DNA from: Candidatus Fervidibacter sp.
Lineage (GTDB): Bacteria; Armatimonadota; Fervidibacteria; Fervidibacterales; Fervidibacteraceae
DNA length: 64,000 nt
NCBI GenBank assembly: GCA_041446875.1
Contig: JBGOEW010000006.1
Coordinates: 4,326-68,325 of the forward strand
Direction of reading: 5' to 3'
Made by a program: the position numbers and the translations under genes. Under the pieces are notes generated by a model. It searched no databases. It was given only the letters and a program-made list of their open reading frames with translations, and had not been told where the DNA came from. Of this stretch, positions 46,379 through 55,245 are shown in pieces (within the stretch, counting starts at the first letter, position 1; every line of letters starts with the position of its first letter).

Positions 46379-47416
46379 TTAAATACCTCGCTCCGCCATG
46401 TAAGCGATCAAGTCGGCGACACGGCAGGAATAGCCCCATTCGTTGTCATACCATGCCGTCACCTTCACCATCCCGCCAGGACCGACGAAGGTGAAAGCGG
46501 GATCGCCATCTACGATGGCAGAGTGGGGGTCACCCTTGAAGTCGCTGGAGACGCAGGGGTCTGTTTCCACGCGCAAGATGCCGCCCAGCCCGCCTTCCCG
46601 CCAAGGCGCCTTTTCCGCTTCTTTGAAGGCGTCAATGAGTTCCTCCGTCGTCGCCTCCTTGCTCGTCACGACATTCAGGTCAATGACGGAGACAGTGGAG
46701 ACAGGCACACGCAAGGCAACGCCGTGCAATTTGCCTTTCAGTTCAGGCAGCACCAAATGAATGGCTTTAGCGGCGCCCGTCGTCGTCGGGACGATGTTCA
46801 TCGCCGCAGCCCGGGCTCTTCGCAAGTCTTTGTGCACCAAGTCCAAGATACGCTGGTCGTTGGTGTAAGCGTGGACGGTCGTCATCAACCCAAACTCAAT
46901 GCCGAACCGCTCGTGCACGACTTTGCACACGGGCGCTAAGCAATTGGTCGTGCAGGATGCGTTGGAGACGATGTGGTGCTCTTTCGGGTTGTAGGCGGTG
47001 TGGTTGACGCCCAAGACGACGGTGATGTCTTCGTTGGTGGCAGGGGCGCTGATGATGACCTTTTTCGCCCCCGCTTCCAAATGGGCGCGGGCTTTTGCGC
47101 CATCCGTGAAGATGCCCGTTGACTCCACCACGATGTCCACGCCCAACTCCTTCCAAGGCAACTTGCCAGGCTCTTTTTCGCTCAGCACTTTGATTTCATC
47201 GCCGTTGATGACCAAGTTACCGTCCCGCACTTCCACTGTGCCATTGAAGCGCCCGTAGTTGGTGTCGTAGCGGAAAAGGTGGGCGTTCGTTTCGGGGTCG
47301 GCTAAGTCGTTGACTGCCACGATGTCGGCGACGCCCGGATGGCGCTCCAACAGGGCTTTCAAAACTTGTCGTCCGATGCGTCCGAACCCATTGATCGCCA
47401 CGCGCACAGCCGCCAT
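46379..47416 (-). CDS. gap: Type I glyceraldehyde-3-phosphate dehydrogenase
   Basis: [22 protein letters not shown] and [10 protein letters not shown] motifs. Confidence 0.98.
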   Translation of the reverse strand: MAAVRVAINGFGRIGRQVLKALLERHPGVADIVAVNDLADPETNAHLFRYDTNYGRFNGTVEVRDGNLVINGDEIKVLSEKEPGKLPWKELGVDIVVESTGIFTDGAKARAHLEAGAKKVIISAPATNEDITVVLGVNHTAYNPKEHHIVSNASCTTNCLAPVCKVVHERFGIEFGLMTTVHAYTNDQRILDLVHKDLRRARAAAMNIVPTTTGAAKAIHLVLPELKGKLHGVALRVPVSTVSVIDLNVVTSKEATTEELIDAFKEAEKAPWREGGLGGILRVETDPCVSSDFKGDPHSAIVDGDPAFTFVGPGGMVKVTAWYDNEWGYSCRVADLIAYMAERGI

Positions 47417-47477
47417 GTTCGTCTGCCTCCTTCGCCGAGGAATTCGCCCTCTCGCCATCGTCCGTTAGTCGGGCAAA

Positions 47478-47486
47478 AATTTAGCA
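47478..47486 (-). promoter_or_regulatory. Extended -10 element (TGcTAAATT) upstream of gap
   Basis: Minus strand TGCTAAATT. The same element occurs at 15825-15833 (minus) before the cytochrome gene. Confidence 0.45.
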
Positions 47487-47522
47487 CGCCTTCCGAAGGC
47501 TTGCTGTAAGGGGCTCAAAGAG

Positions 47523-48347
47523 ATGCGATGGCGATTGTGGCTTTTCAACGCGACGCTACTTGCACTCCTATCGCTCAGTGTCAAACCGCTGTGGTGGTTG
47601 CCTTGCCTTTCGTTGGCGGCGTTTCTTTGGTTAGTGCCATCACGGCGTCGCCCGCCTTTTGATTGGGGCGATTGGCATCCTGTCTGGGCGACTTTGGTCA
47701 CTACTCCCTTCGCCAAAGGTTTATCTCGGTGGGTGCGTCACCACAAAATCATCGGTGGCGACAGCCTCACCCTCATCTCAACGCCTCAGGGTGCTGCCGC
47801 CGTCTTGTTGGATTTGAGCAAAAACGATTTGGAGACTTTCTTGCACTTCGTTTGGGTGCGGGCGGTGTTGGCGACATTGCACGGTCGCCCGATAGCGACC
47901 GTCCGAAAAATCCTCGCTTCCTTGCCATCCCTTAGCGACCGCGTGGGCATTACTTACCTGATGGGCAAATTTTCGGGGCGGGAAGTGCAATGGGAAAGCG
48001 TCGGATGCTTCGGCATCGGATGGTGGACGCCAGTGAGTCAGCAAACCCGTATCTTGCCGACTTTGGCGAAAACTTTCTGGCGCACCCGCAAAGTCGTGGG
48101 CTGGATGGTCACCACCGATGGCGCTGCCCCCCATTTGCCTTCCTTGCTTCACGCCTTGCGCGTCAACGGCACAGTGCATGACGGATTGATCCGCTCCATC
48201 GCCCAAGACGACTTGACTGTCGTCTGGATAGCGCCTGCCCTAAAATTTTGCCCGCCCAATGCGATTTCCCCGATCAAGGGACAGGAGGCGTTAAGGGATG
48301 CGTCATCCATTGCTGATGCTCGTGGAGCAGAAATACTTGCGCCCTGA
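47523..48347 (+). CDS. Divergent membrane-anchored SpoIIE/RsbU-like (PP2C) phosphatase
   Basis: Hydrophobic N-terminus. GGD, LLDLS, TTDG and QDDLTVV appear in PP2C order. Confidence 0.5.
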   Translation: MRWRLWLFNATLLALLSLSVKPLWWLPCLSLAAFLWLVPSRRRPPFDWGDWHPVWATLVTTPFAKGLSRWVRHHKIIGGDSLTLISTPQGAAAVLLDLSKNDLETFLHFVWVRAVLATLHGRPIATVRKILASLPSLSDRVGITYLMGKFSGREVQWESVGCFGIGWWTPVSQQTRILPTLAKTFWRTRKVVGWMVTTDGAAPHLPSLLHALRVNGTVHDGLIRSIAQDDLTVVWIAPALKFCPPNAISPIKGQEALRDASSIADARGAEILAP

Positions 48348-48732
48348 CATCCCTGACTTTCGCCCGGGCGACACAGTGCGGGTGACGGTGCGCTTGTCCA
48401 AAGAGGAGGTGACGATGGGCGACCAACAGAAAAAGGAAGGGCGCAAGGAGCGCGAACCCGTCGCTGTTTTTGAAGGCGTCGTCCTCCGTCGGCGCGGCGA
48501 GGGCACGAACGCCACCTTCACCATCCGCAAAATCGCTCACGGCGTCGGGACAGAACGCACCTTTTACTTGCATTCGCCCAACATCCTTCGCATAGAAGTC
48601 CTTCGGCGCGGTCGGGTGCGTCGGGCGCGGCTCTACTACCTGCGGGGCATGTCCGCTAAGGAAGCCCGCATCAAGGAAGATTTGCGCCGTGCCCTCAAAG
48701 ACCGACAAGCCGCCAAAGAAACATCCAACTGA
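48298..48732 (+). CDS. rplS: 50S ribosomal protein L19
   Basis: [26 protein letters not shown] and [12 protein letters not shown] motifs. Confidence 0.97.
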   Translation: MRHPLLMLVEQKYLRPDIPDFRPGDTVRVTVRLSKEEVTMGDQQKKEGRKEREPVAVFEGVVLRRRGEGTNATFTIRKIAHGVGTERTFYLHSPNILRIEVLRRGRVRRARLYYLRGMSAKEARIKEDLRRALKDRQAAKETSN

Positions 48733-48758
48733 CCCTTGCAGCGAAGGGGCGAAGGGTT

Positions 48759-49478
48759 GTGCCGTTTGCTTGGGATTCTGTCTGGGGCTACCTGATCGTC
48801 GTCGGCGTCCTCCTCGTGCTGGCGCAATTGCGCCTCGCCCTTTCCCGCGAACGATGGGAAGATGAGCGGCTGCAAAACTTCCTGATGGAAGGGTGCGACT
48901 CCTTGATGATTGCCTTAGCCCTCGTCTTCTTCCTCATCCGCCCCTTTGTCGTCCACGCCTTCCTCATCCCGTCAGGCTCTATGGAGCCGACTTTGCTTAT
49001 CAGCGACCGCTTGCTCGTTAACAAGTTCGTCTATCGTCTCCGCCCGCCTCATCGGCAGGAAATTGTCGTCTTCAAAGCCCCTAAGTTAGCCCTGCAAAAA
49101 TCGGGCAAGCCCGACCAGACCGACTACATCAAGCGGCTCATCGGGTTGCCCGGCGATTTGGTGCGCGTGGAGCAAGGGCGCGCTTGGGTCAACGGCAAGC
49201 CATTAACCGAACCTTACCTCCCACCCTTGACAGGCGGCGATGTTTTCCCCGATGGCTACTTGCAGCAAACGCCTTGGAACGCCACCTATCGCCACCTGAT
49301 AGAAATGCACTGGGGCAAACTGTGGGTGCGAGTGCCTGAGGGGCATTACTTCGTTTTGGGCGACAATCGCGCCCAAAGTTTAGATAGCCGCTCGTGGGGC
49401 TTTGTGCCCCACGATGCCCTCATCGGCAAATCCCTCGTCCGTTTTTGGCCCCTCCCTCGCATCGGCTTCATCCATTAG
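48759..49478 (+). CDS. lepB: Signal peptidase I
   Basis: IPSGSMEPTL (Ser), YIKRLIGLPGD (Lys) and GDNRAQSLDSR motifs. Confidence 0.96.
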   Translation: MPFAWDSVWGYLIVVGVLLVLAQLRLALSRERWEDERLQNFLMEGCDSLMIALALVFFLIRPFVVHAFLIPSGSMEPTLLISDRLLVNKFVYRLRPPHRQEIVVFKAPKLALQKSGKPDQTDYIKRLIGLPGDLVRVEQGRAWVNGKPLTEPYLPPLTGGDVFPDGYLQQTPWNATYRHLIEMHWGKLWVRVPEGHYFVLGDNRAQSLDSRSWGFVPHDALIGKSLVRFWPLPRIGFIH

Positions 49479-50044
49479 CCACAAAGCCGAAGGAAGTATT
49501 CGTGGATGCGGGTGTCGTCGGTCAATTCGGGATGGAAAGTGCTGGCAAGGATGCGTCCTTGCTGCACCAGAACGGGTTTCCCGTCCAACTCTGCCAACAC
49601 TTCCACGCCCTTCCCCACCGCCTCAATAATCGGCGCCCGAATAAACACGCCCCGAAGGGGCGGGTCACCCAACTTCGGCACCCGAATGAGCGCCTCAAAA
49701 CTGTCCTTTTGTCGCCCGTAAGCGTTGCGGTTGACCACGATGTCCAAGATGCCGATGCGGGGTTGATCGCTTTCCAAAATCGTCCGCGCCAACACAATCG
49801 CCCCCGCGCAAGTCCCAAAGGCAGGCAATCCCGCTTTAAGCCGCTCCCGCAACGCTTCCAAGACGCCGTAGCGTGTCCCGACGATGCCCAATGTCGTGCT
49901 CTCCCCGCCAGGCAAGATGATGCCGTCAATTTCTTCCAAGTCCTGCGTCAATCGCACTTTCACCGCCTCCACGCCCAACCGCTGCAACATCGCCATGTGC
50001 TCCGCAAAATCGCCTTGAATGGCTAACACGCCGATACGCATCAC
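49475..50044 (-). CDS. pdxT: Pyridoxal 5'-phosphate synthase glutaminase subunit
   Basis: GVLAIQGDF, LPGGEST, GTCAG, RNAYGRQKDSF and FHPEL motifs. Confidence 0.97.
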   Translation of the reverse strand: MMRIGVLAIQGDFAEHMAMLQRLGVEAVKVRLTQDLEEIDGIILPGGESTTLGIVGTRYGVLEALRERLKAGLPAFGTCAGAIVLARTILESDQPRIGILDIVVNRNAYGRQKDSFEALIRVPKLGDPPLRGVFIRAPIIEAVGKGVEVLAELDGKPVLVQQGRILASTFHPELTDDTRIHEYFLRLCG

Positions 50045-50074
50045 CAGTCACCTCCGAAGAGTTGCTTTCGTTGC

Positions 50075-50341
50075 TTACCGATAGGCTTCCGACCTTAGGC
50101 GGACTTTTTCTACCCGCACGATGCGTTGTTCGGTGTCTACGCTGTAAATGATGCGATACTTGCCGACGCGCAATCGCCAACGGTTGCGCTCCCCTTGTAG
50201 TTTCTCGCAGCCTGAAGGGAACGGATTAGACGCCAACCCTCGGATGGCATCTTCAACCCGCTTTCGGATTTCCGAAGGCAACCCTTGAATTTCTTTGTCC
50301 GACGACCGAGCCACCCGCACCTCGTAAAACCGCCCCGCCAT
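50075..50341 (-). CDS. relE: RelE/ParE family toxin
   Basis: LASNPFPSGCEKLQGERNRWRLRVGKYRIIYSVD. Confidence 0.9.
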   Translation of the reverse strand: MAGRFYEVRVARSSDKEIQGLPSEIRKRVEDAIRGLASNPFPSGCEKLQGERNRWRLRVGKYRIIYSVDTEQRIVRVEKVRLRSEAYR

Positions 50342-50952
50342 TATCCCGACCCCTCACCGCCGTAGATGACATACTCGCCCCGCTCAATCTCCGCTAACGC
50401 CTCTTCATGCTCCCTGATCAACTCCGAGTCGGTGGCGAGTAAGTGGTCTTCGTAGTCCGCTAACGCCTCATCCATCAAACCCCAAAGAAAATCCCGCTCC
50501 GCCTCCCGCATCCCCTTGACAGCAGCGATCAACGCCTCCACCAAACCCTCGCCACCTTCCACTTGCACCCGACATCGCCCCGACCTTTCCCGCCTCACTT
50601 CTATCGCCACCAGCAAAACTCGCCCTCCCCATTCCATCGGCATCAAGAACTTCCATCCCACAACTTGCCCCTTGCCCCTTGCCCCCCGTCCCTCCTTTCC
50701 CCGCTTTCCTTCCCATCGCACCCACGCCTCTCCCGAAACCGCAACTTTCACCACAACCTCGCCTGCCTCGCCTTCTCCGTCTTCCTGCCCCTCAAAGAAG
50801 CGACGCAAATCAGGGTGGAAGGCGGAAAAGAAGCGATAGCGCAGTTTGGACGGCAAAAGCCACAAGATGGCTGCCAACCATCCGATGCGTTGCCGCTCCT
50901 CTTCCGTCAACCCTTCCTCTTTCACCTTCGCTGTCAGGCTCATCGCTTTCAC
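50341..50952 (-). CDS. Putative antitoxin, unusually long (203 aa)
   Basis: Directly upstream of and abutting relE. The acidic C-terminus LADYEDHLLA...ALAEIERGEYV is antitoxin-like, and there is an internal purine-rich low-complexity tract. Confidence 0.55.
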   Translation of the reverse strand: MKAMSLTAKVKEEGLTEEERQRIGWLAAILWLLPSKLRYRFFSAFHPDLRRFFEGQEDGEGEAGEVVVKVAVSGEAWVRWEGKRGKEGRGARGKGQVVGWKFLMPMEWGGRVLLVAIEVRRERSGRCRVQVEGGEGLVEALIAAVKGMREAERDFLWGLMDEALADYEDHLLATDSELIREHEEALAEIERGEYVIYGGEGSG

Positions 50953-51107
50953 CCCTTCGTTGCGTCATCATCTCGTCGGAGTGCCGAAAAGGCGCGACAA
51001 AAAATGCGCCATCAGCACGGCAGGCTTCTTTCGCTATTTCGTCGTGGCTGTTAGCCACTCCAACCCTTTGACGCCCCATCGGAGCGCCAAAAAAGCGTGA
51101 CTAAGTT

Positions 51108-51170
51108 CCTTTGCCTTTCGCCGTTCGCTAACTCACTATTCGCTACTGGCTATTCGCCACTCGCTGTCTT
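51108..51170 (-). repeat. Heptamer array downstream of yraN
   Basis: Minus strand GCGAGTG-GCGAATA-GCCAGTA-GCGAATA-GTGAGTT(A)-GCGAACG-GCGAAAG. Confidence 0.85.
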
Positions 51171-51172
51171 CC

Positions 51173-51580
51173 TCAAAAGGCATCGGGAATGTGCTCAAGG
51201 CGGACGACATTGCCTTGTTCGTCCAAATCAACGGCAATCAGGTCAAAGCGCACCGTTTTACCTTGCCAACCTTTTCGGGCGGCGAGCCATTCACCCGCTC
51301 GGCGCAATCGCTGTTGCTGGCGCGGGCGCAACGCTTCTATCGGCGTCCCGAATTCCTCCGACGAGCGCGCCTTCACTTCCGTGATGGCGATGATTTCATC
51401 CTTTTCCGCCACCAAGTCAATTTCGCCGAAAGGCGTCCGCAGGTTTTGGGCAAGGATGCGGTAACCCCGCCGACGCAAGTAAAGGGCTGCCTCCCGCTCT
51501 GCCCTCCGCCCCCGTTCCGACGCGCTGAGCGGACGAAACCGCTCCATCCACCAACGCCAAAGTCGTGTTAGCAACCGCAT
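51173..51580 (-). CDS. yraN: YraN family protein (UPF0102)
   Basis: GRRAEREAALYL..RGYRIL..N.R...GEIDLVA...EVKAR and RFDLIAV motifs. Confidence 0.92.
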   Translation of the reverse strand: MRLLTRLWRWWMERFRPLSASERGRRAEREAALYLRRRGYRILAQNLRTPFGEIDLVAEKDEIIAITEVKARSSEEFGTPIEALRPRQQQRLRRAGEWLAARKGWQGKTVRFDLIAVDLDEQGNVVRLEHIPDAF

Positions 51581-51612
51581 GAGCCATCCCGCCTTCACGA
51601 CACCAACGAAAA

Positions 51613-51650
51613 GCGACTGGCGATTGGCGACAGGCGAACGGCTAAGCGAG
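51613..51650 (+). repeat. Heptamer array upstream of yraN and the FG-GAP gene
   Basis: GCGACTG-GCGATTG-GCGACAG-GCGAACG. Confidence 0.8.
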
Positions 51651-51715
51651 CCTTGTGCCCATTTCCATCGGCTCAATTTTGCGGCAGGATGAAGGGACGA
51701 TTTCAAAGGCAGGTG

Positions 51716-53389
51716 ATGCCGATGCGCCGACAATGGCTTTGGCTGCTCGCTTTCTTCGTCGTCATCGCATCCGTTGCAACGCTGGTGGTGAACCCCAAGC
51801 GACCCACTTTGCCCGTTGAGCGAACCGTTGTCGCCCAAGTCCCTCCCGATTTCACCAACTGGCTGGCGACGGATTTGGATGGCGACGGCAAAGCGGAAGT
51901 CTTGCTGAATTACTTCAACCGACCGCCCTTGCTCCTTCGCTTGCCGACTTCCCCGACCTCGCCCGCATCGCTCATCCCGTTCCCCAAAGTTCGCCTTATC
52001 TTCCCAACCACGACGGAAATCCGAAAAGCGTCGTTGCCTTTGGCAAAAGCAGTGCCGATTCGGGACGGGCGCATCTTACGGTTAGTGCACTGGCGAAATA
52101 ATCGCTTCGTCTTTGAAACCCTGACCGACACACCGACCTACCCTGAATGGCACGATGTGGATGGCGACGGAAAAGCCAATGACCTGATTGCCTACGGTTC
52201 GCAAAAACGGTTTTGGTTCGTGTTGGACGGGCAAGGCGAATGGCGGTTCAAAACCGTTTTGCCCATCAAACCCATTCGCCCCCTCTTTGATGTCGGCGAC
52301 ATAGATGGCGACGGGAAATTGGATTGCCTTGTCGGTGGCGAAACCCGCTCCATCCTTTGGGGCGATGGCAAATCAGCGACTGTCTTGGGCAAAGCCTATG
52401 CCGAAGTAAATCACCTGCGCCTAACCGACATGGATGGCGATGGGCGCGAAGAAGTTGTCGGCTTCAAGCGGGAAGGGCACAACTATCGGATGGCGATCTG
52501 GACCTTTGACCGCCAGCGAAAGCGCTTGAGCCTTGTCGCCCTCTCCGACCCATTTCCCATCCGCCTCTCTTTTCGCACTAACATCAGCGGACACACCGTT
52601 CAAGGCTCACTACAATGCTTCAACTTCCTGCTGATAGACTTGGACGGGGATGGGCGCAAAGAAATCGTGGCGATTTGGAATGCGACGAATTTTCAAGTCG
52701 TTGCCTTCAAGCGTCCTGTCCCTGCCTTCCTCGCCCTTTTGTCACCGCCCTCTACCGAACTTGAATACGAACTACCCCGAGTTTGGCGACTCTTTTGGCG
52801 GGACGGTCAACGCTTGCGGTCACAGCCGTTGCGAATGCCCAAAGACTGGAAGGGTTTCCTGCTCACCAGAACCCCGCTGAACCTGCAAGGGCAACGCTTT
52901 CTCGTCACGACCCGCCTAATCTTTCGGCGTCGCTTCCATCCTCATCTGCTCTCGCTCCGACCGCTGCAATGGGACTTTTGGGAAAGTGCCCGCGTTTGGC
53001 GAGGCGCCATCTGGCGATTGCCCAACGGCAGAGACGCTTTCAATCCCGAAAAATGGACGAAAGTCGCCGAGTTGTCTGGCAGACCTCTCATCGCCGATTT
53101 GAATGGCGATGGGCAACCTGAAATCGTTTGGGATGGGACGGAAGAGCGGAACTTCGGTTGGCATGGGCAGCGTTGCCGAATAAATCTCCGATTTGGCATT
53201 GCCCTTTTTGACGGCAAACAGTGGCGACAATTTGAATGGCATCCTCAAAAGCCCCAACTGCCTGCGCACATCCAGCAACTCCCCGTTTTTCCCTTTCTGT
53301 CTCGCTTCCTTTTGCTCCCTGAAGGCAACCGAAAAGTTCTTCTCCTTGCCTTGCCCGACGGGACGATGGAACGGGTGGCGATGCGGTGA
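51716..53389 (+). CDS. Exported FG-GAP/VCBS repeat protein
   Basis: N-terminal TM or signal sequence and repeated DxDGDGxxE/D Ca-binding loops (DLDGDGKAE, DVDGDGKAND, DIDGDGKLD, DMDGDGREE, DLDGDGRKE, DLNGDGQPE). Confidence 0.85.
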   Translation: MPMRRQWLWLLAFFVVIASVATLVVNPKRPTLPVERTVVAQVPPDFTNWLATDLDGDGKAEVLLNYFNRPPLLLRLPTSPTSPASLIPFPKVRLIFPTTTEIRKASLPLAKAVPIRDGRILRLVHWRNNRFVFETLTDTPTYPEWHDVDGDGKANDLIAYGSQKRFWFVLDGQGEWRFKTVLPIKPIRPLFDVGDIDGDGKLDCLVGGETRSILWGDGKSATVLGKAYAEVNHLRLTDMDGDGREEVVGFKREGHNYRMAIWTFDRQRKRLSLVALSDPFPIRLSFRTNISGHTVQGSLQCFNFLLIDLDGDGRKEIVAIWNATNFQVVAFKRPVPAFLALLSPPSTELEYELPRVWRLFWRDGQRLRSQPLRMPKDWKGFLLTRTPLNLQGQRFLVTTRLIFRRRFHPHLLSLRPLQWDFWESARVWRGAIWRLPNGRDAFNPEKWTKVAELSGRPLIADLNGDGQPEIVWDGTEERNFGWHGQRCRINLRFGIALFDGKQWRQFEWHPQKPQLPAHIQQLPVFPFLSRFLLLPEGNRKVLLLALPDGTMERVAMR

Positions 53390-53392
53390 CGG

Positions 53393-54355
53393 TCACTTTC
53401 GCACGATGTAGCCGAAGCGCCGCAAAGCATTTTCGTCCTTTCGCCAATTCTTGGCGACCTTCACCCACAAGTCCAGAAAAACCTTTTTGCCCAACCAACG
53501 CTCAATTTCCTGCCGCGCCATCGTCCCAATCTTTTTGAGCATCTGCCCCCCTTGCCCGATGATGATGCCCTTTTGGCTTTCCTTCTCCACGAAAATTGTC
53601 GCCTTGACATACGCCAATTGCTCGCTGCGGTGCTCCAATTCGTCCACGACGACGGCGACGGCATGCGGGACTTCCTCGTGGGTGTAGTGCAGGACGGCTT
53701 CGCGGATGGCTTCGGCGATGGGCAACTTTTCGGGTTGGTCAGTGACCGTGCCCAGCGGGTAGTAAGGCGGTCCTTCGGGCAATCGGTCAATCACTTTCCG
53801 CAGCAGCAATGGCACGCCCTCACCCGTCAACGCCGAAATCGTCACCGTCTCGTCGTAGCGACCCAACGCTTCATAAAGCAATCGGCGCTCCTGCAACAGC
53901 GCAGGCGAGACAGCGTCCATCTTGTTGACGACGAGCAGGACAGGATGGGGCGCTTCCCGCAGCAAACTGTTGAGCAACTGGGCGGCGCGCTCATCGTCAG
54001 GCGTGGGCGGTTCGGTTGCGTCCACCATGAACAGGACGACATCGCTTTGCTCCAACGCCCCTCGCGCTTCGGCGACCAAGTATTCGCCTAACTTGTGGCG
54101 GGGATGATGGACGCCGGGCGTGTCCAAAAAGACGATTTGCGCCATCTCCGTCTCCACGACGCCGACGATGCGGTTGCGGGTCGTTTGCGGTTTGGGCGAG
54201 ACGATGGCGATTTTTTCGCCGACGAGGTAATTGAGCAGCGTGGACTTGCCGACATTGGGCCTGCCCCACAAGACGGCATAGCCCGATTTGAAACCGGGTG
54301 GGACAAAAAATTCGGTCGGAACATCCGCTTGGAATTGCTGCCGCTTCATAGCCAT
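53393..54355 (-). CDS. era: GTPase Era
   Basis: [28 protein letters not shown] and the KH-domain GIIIGQGG motif. Confidence 0.97.
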   Translation of the reverse strand: MAMKRQQFQADVPTEFFVPPGFKSGYAVLWGRPNVGKSTLLNYLVGEKIAIVSPKPQTTRNRIVGVVETEMAQIVFLDTPGVHHPRHKLGEYLVAEARGALEQSDVVLFMVDATEPPTPDDERAAQLLNSLLREAPHPVLLVVNKMDAVSPALLQERRLLYEALGRYDETVTISALTGEGVPLLLRKVIDRLPEGPPYYPLGTVTDQPEKLPIAEAIREAVLHYTHEEVPHAVAVVVDELEHRSEQLAYVKATIFVEKESQKGIIIGQGGQMLKKIGTMARQEIERWLGKKVFLDLWVKVAKNWRKDENALRRFGYIVRK

Positions 54356-54389
54356 CTAACGCTCCCTCCAACCGCTCAACACTTGGATG

Positions 54390-54634
54390 TTGTTGCGGCT
54401 AATAGCCACTCCAACAGAAGGTCAGACGGAGTGCCAGGTTGCTCATCCCTGTTGGAGTAGCGATTAGCCACGACGCTCCAAAACCCATCCACGACTTTCC
54501 GAACATCCTCAACAAATCTTGGGACATTTTGCCAACCTGCGTTACAATTGAAAGTGCCTTGGAAGGGTGAGGCTCTTGCCGACCCGACCATATCGGCAAT
54601 CGTGAGAGAGGTAAAGTCGGCAGGTTGGACAAAA
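54390..54634. repeat. Nested inverted repeats (REP/MITE-like) in the era intergenic region
   Basis: ACTCCAACAG (54408) / CTGTTGGAGT (54449); TTTTGCCAACCTGC (54527) / GCAGGTTGGACAAAA (54620); inner TTGCCGA / TCGGCAA (54576 / 54593). Confidence 0.7.
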
Positions 54635-54713
54635 GTGGCTCAATGAGAGGTTCGCTTTCCTTTTAGGAGTTAAATCCCGAACACCTTCATGCCTTAAAGG
54701 GAGGCAGGCAGGT

Positions 54714-55037
54714 GTGACCGACGCTGAAATCCGAGACAAAATTCTCGCCGCTCTTTACGGCGTGTGGAAGGAACGAGGGTTTGATGCTTGGGTGCCGCTT
54801 CTTTTCTTGTCCGAACGCTTGAATCTTGAGCCTGTTGCTGCTGAGCGCAATGTGGAACTTTTGGCTAAACTCGGCTTAGTGGAAGGGCAGCGCTTCATCG
54901 GTGGAGGTGGTCTTTACCGTCTCTCGGCTAATGGCGTATTGGAATGTGAGCGGAAAGGCTTGCAGCCCGATTTTGCCCTGGTGAAAAGAGAGGGAAGAGG
55001 GAGTGCTTTGGGCAAAGGTCGGAGAGGCACTCGTTGA
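54714..55037 (+). CDS. Small hypothetical protein, possible winged-helix
   Basis: GGAGG RBS and GTG start. IRDKILAALY...LSERLNL...VELLAKLGLVE...YRLSANG resembles a wHTH. Confidence 0.55.
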   Translation: MTDAEIRDKILAALYGVWKERGFDAWVPLLFLSERLNLEPVAAERNVELLAKLGLVEGQRFIGGGGLYRLSANGVLECERKGLQPDFALVKREGRGSALGKGRRGTR

Positions 55038-55224
55038 CTTGGAAGAGGTGCAAGCATTAACGGTCGGCGAGACGGTGGAAGGAAAGTTTACGCTGGTCAT
55101 CGTTTTCAAGAACGGGCAAAGCCTTTCCTTTGGAAACTATTCGGATCGCGAAGAGGCTTTGAAGGAACTGACGAACCTTCTGATCAGGCTGAAGAGCCTG
55201 AGCCCAAAGGCGGTCTTGACATAA
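55003..55224 (+). CDS. Small hypothetical protein
   Basis: Purine-rich RBS before GTG 55003. 73-aa ORF ending just before the pdxS RBS. Confidence 0.55.
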   Translation: MLWAKVGEALVDLEEVQALTVGETVEGKFTLVIVFKNGQSLSFGNYSDREEALKELTNLLIRLKSLSPKAVLT

Positions 55225-55245
55225 TTGCCAAAGGAGGGGCAAGCG

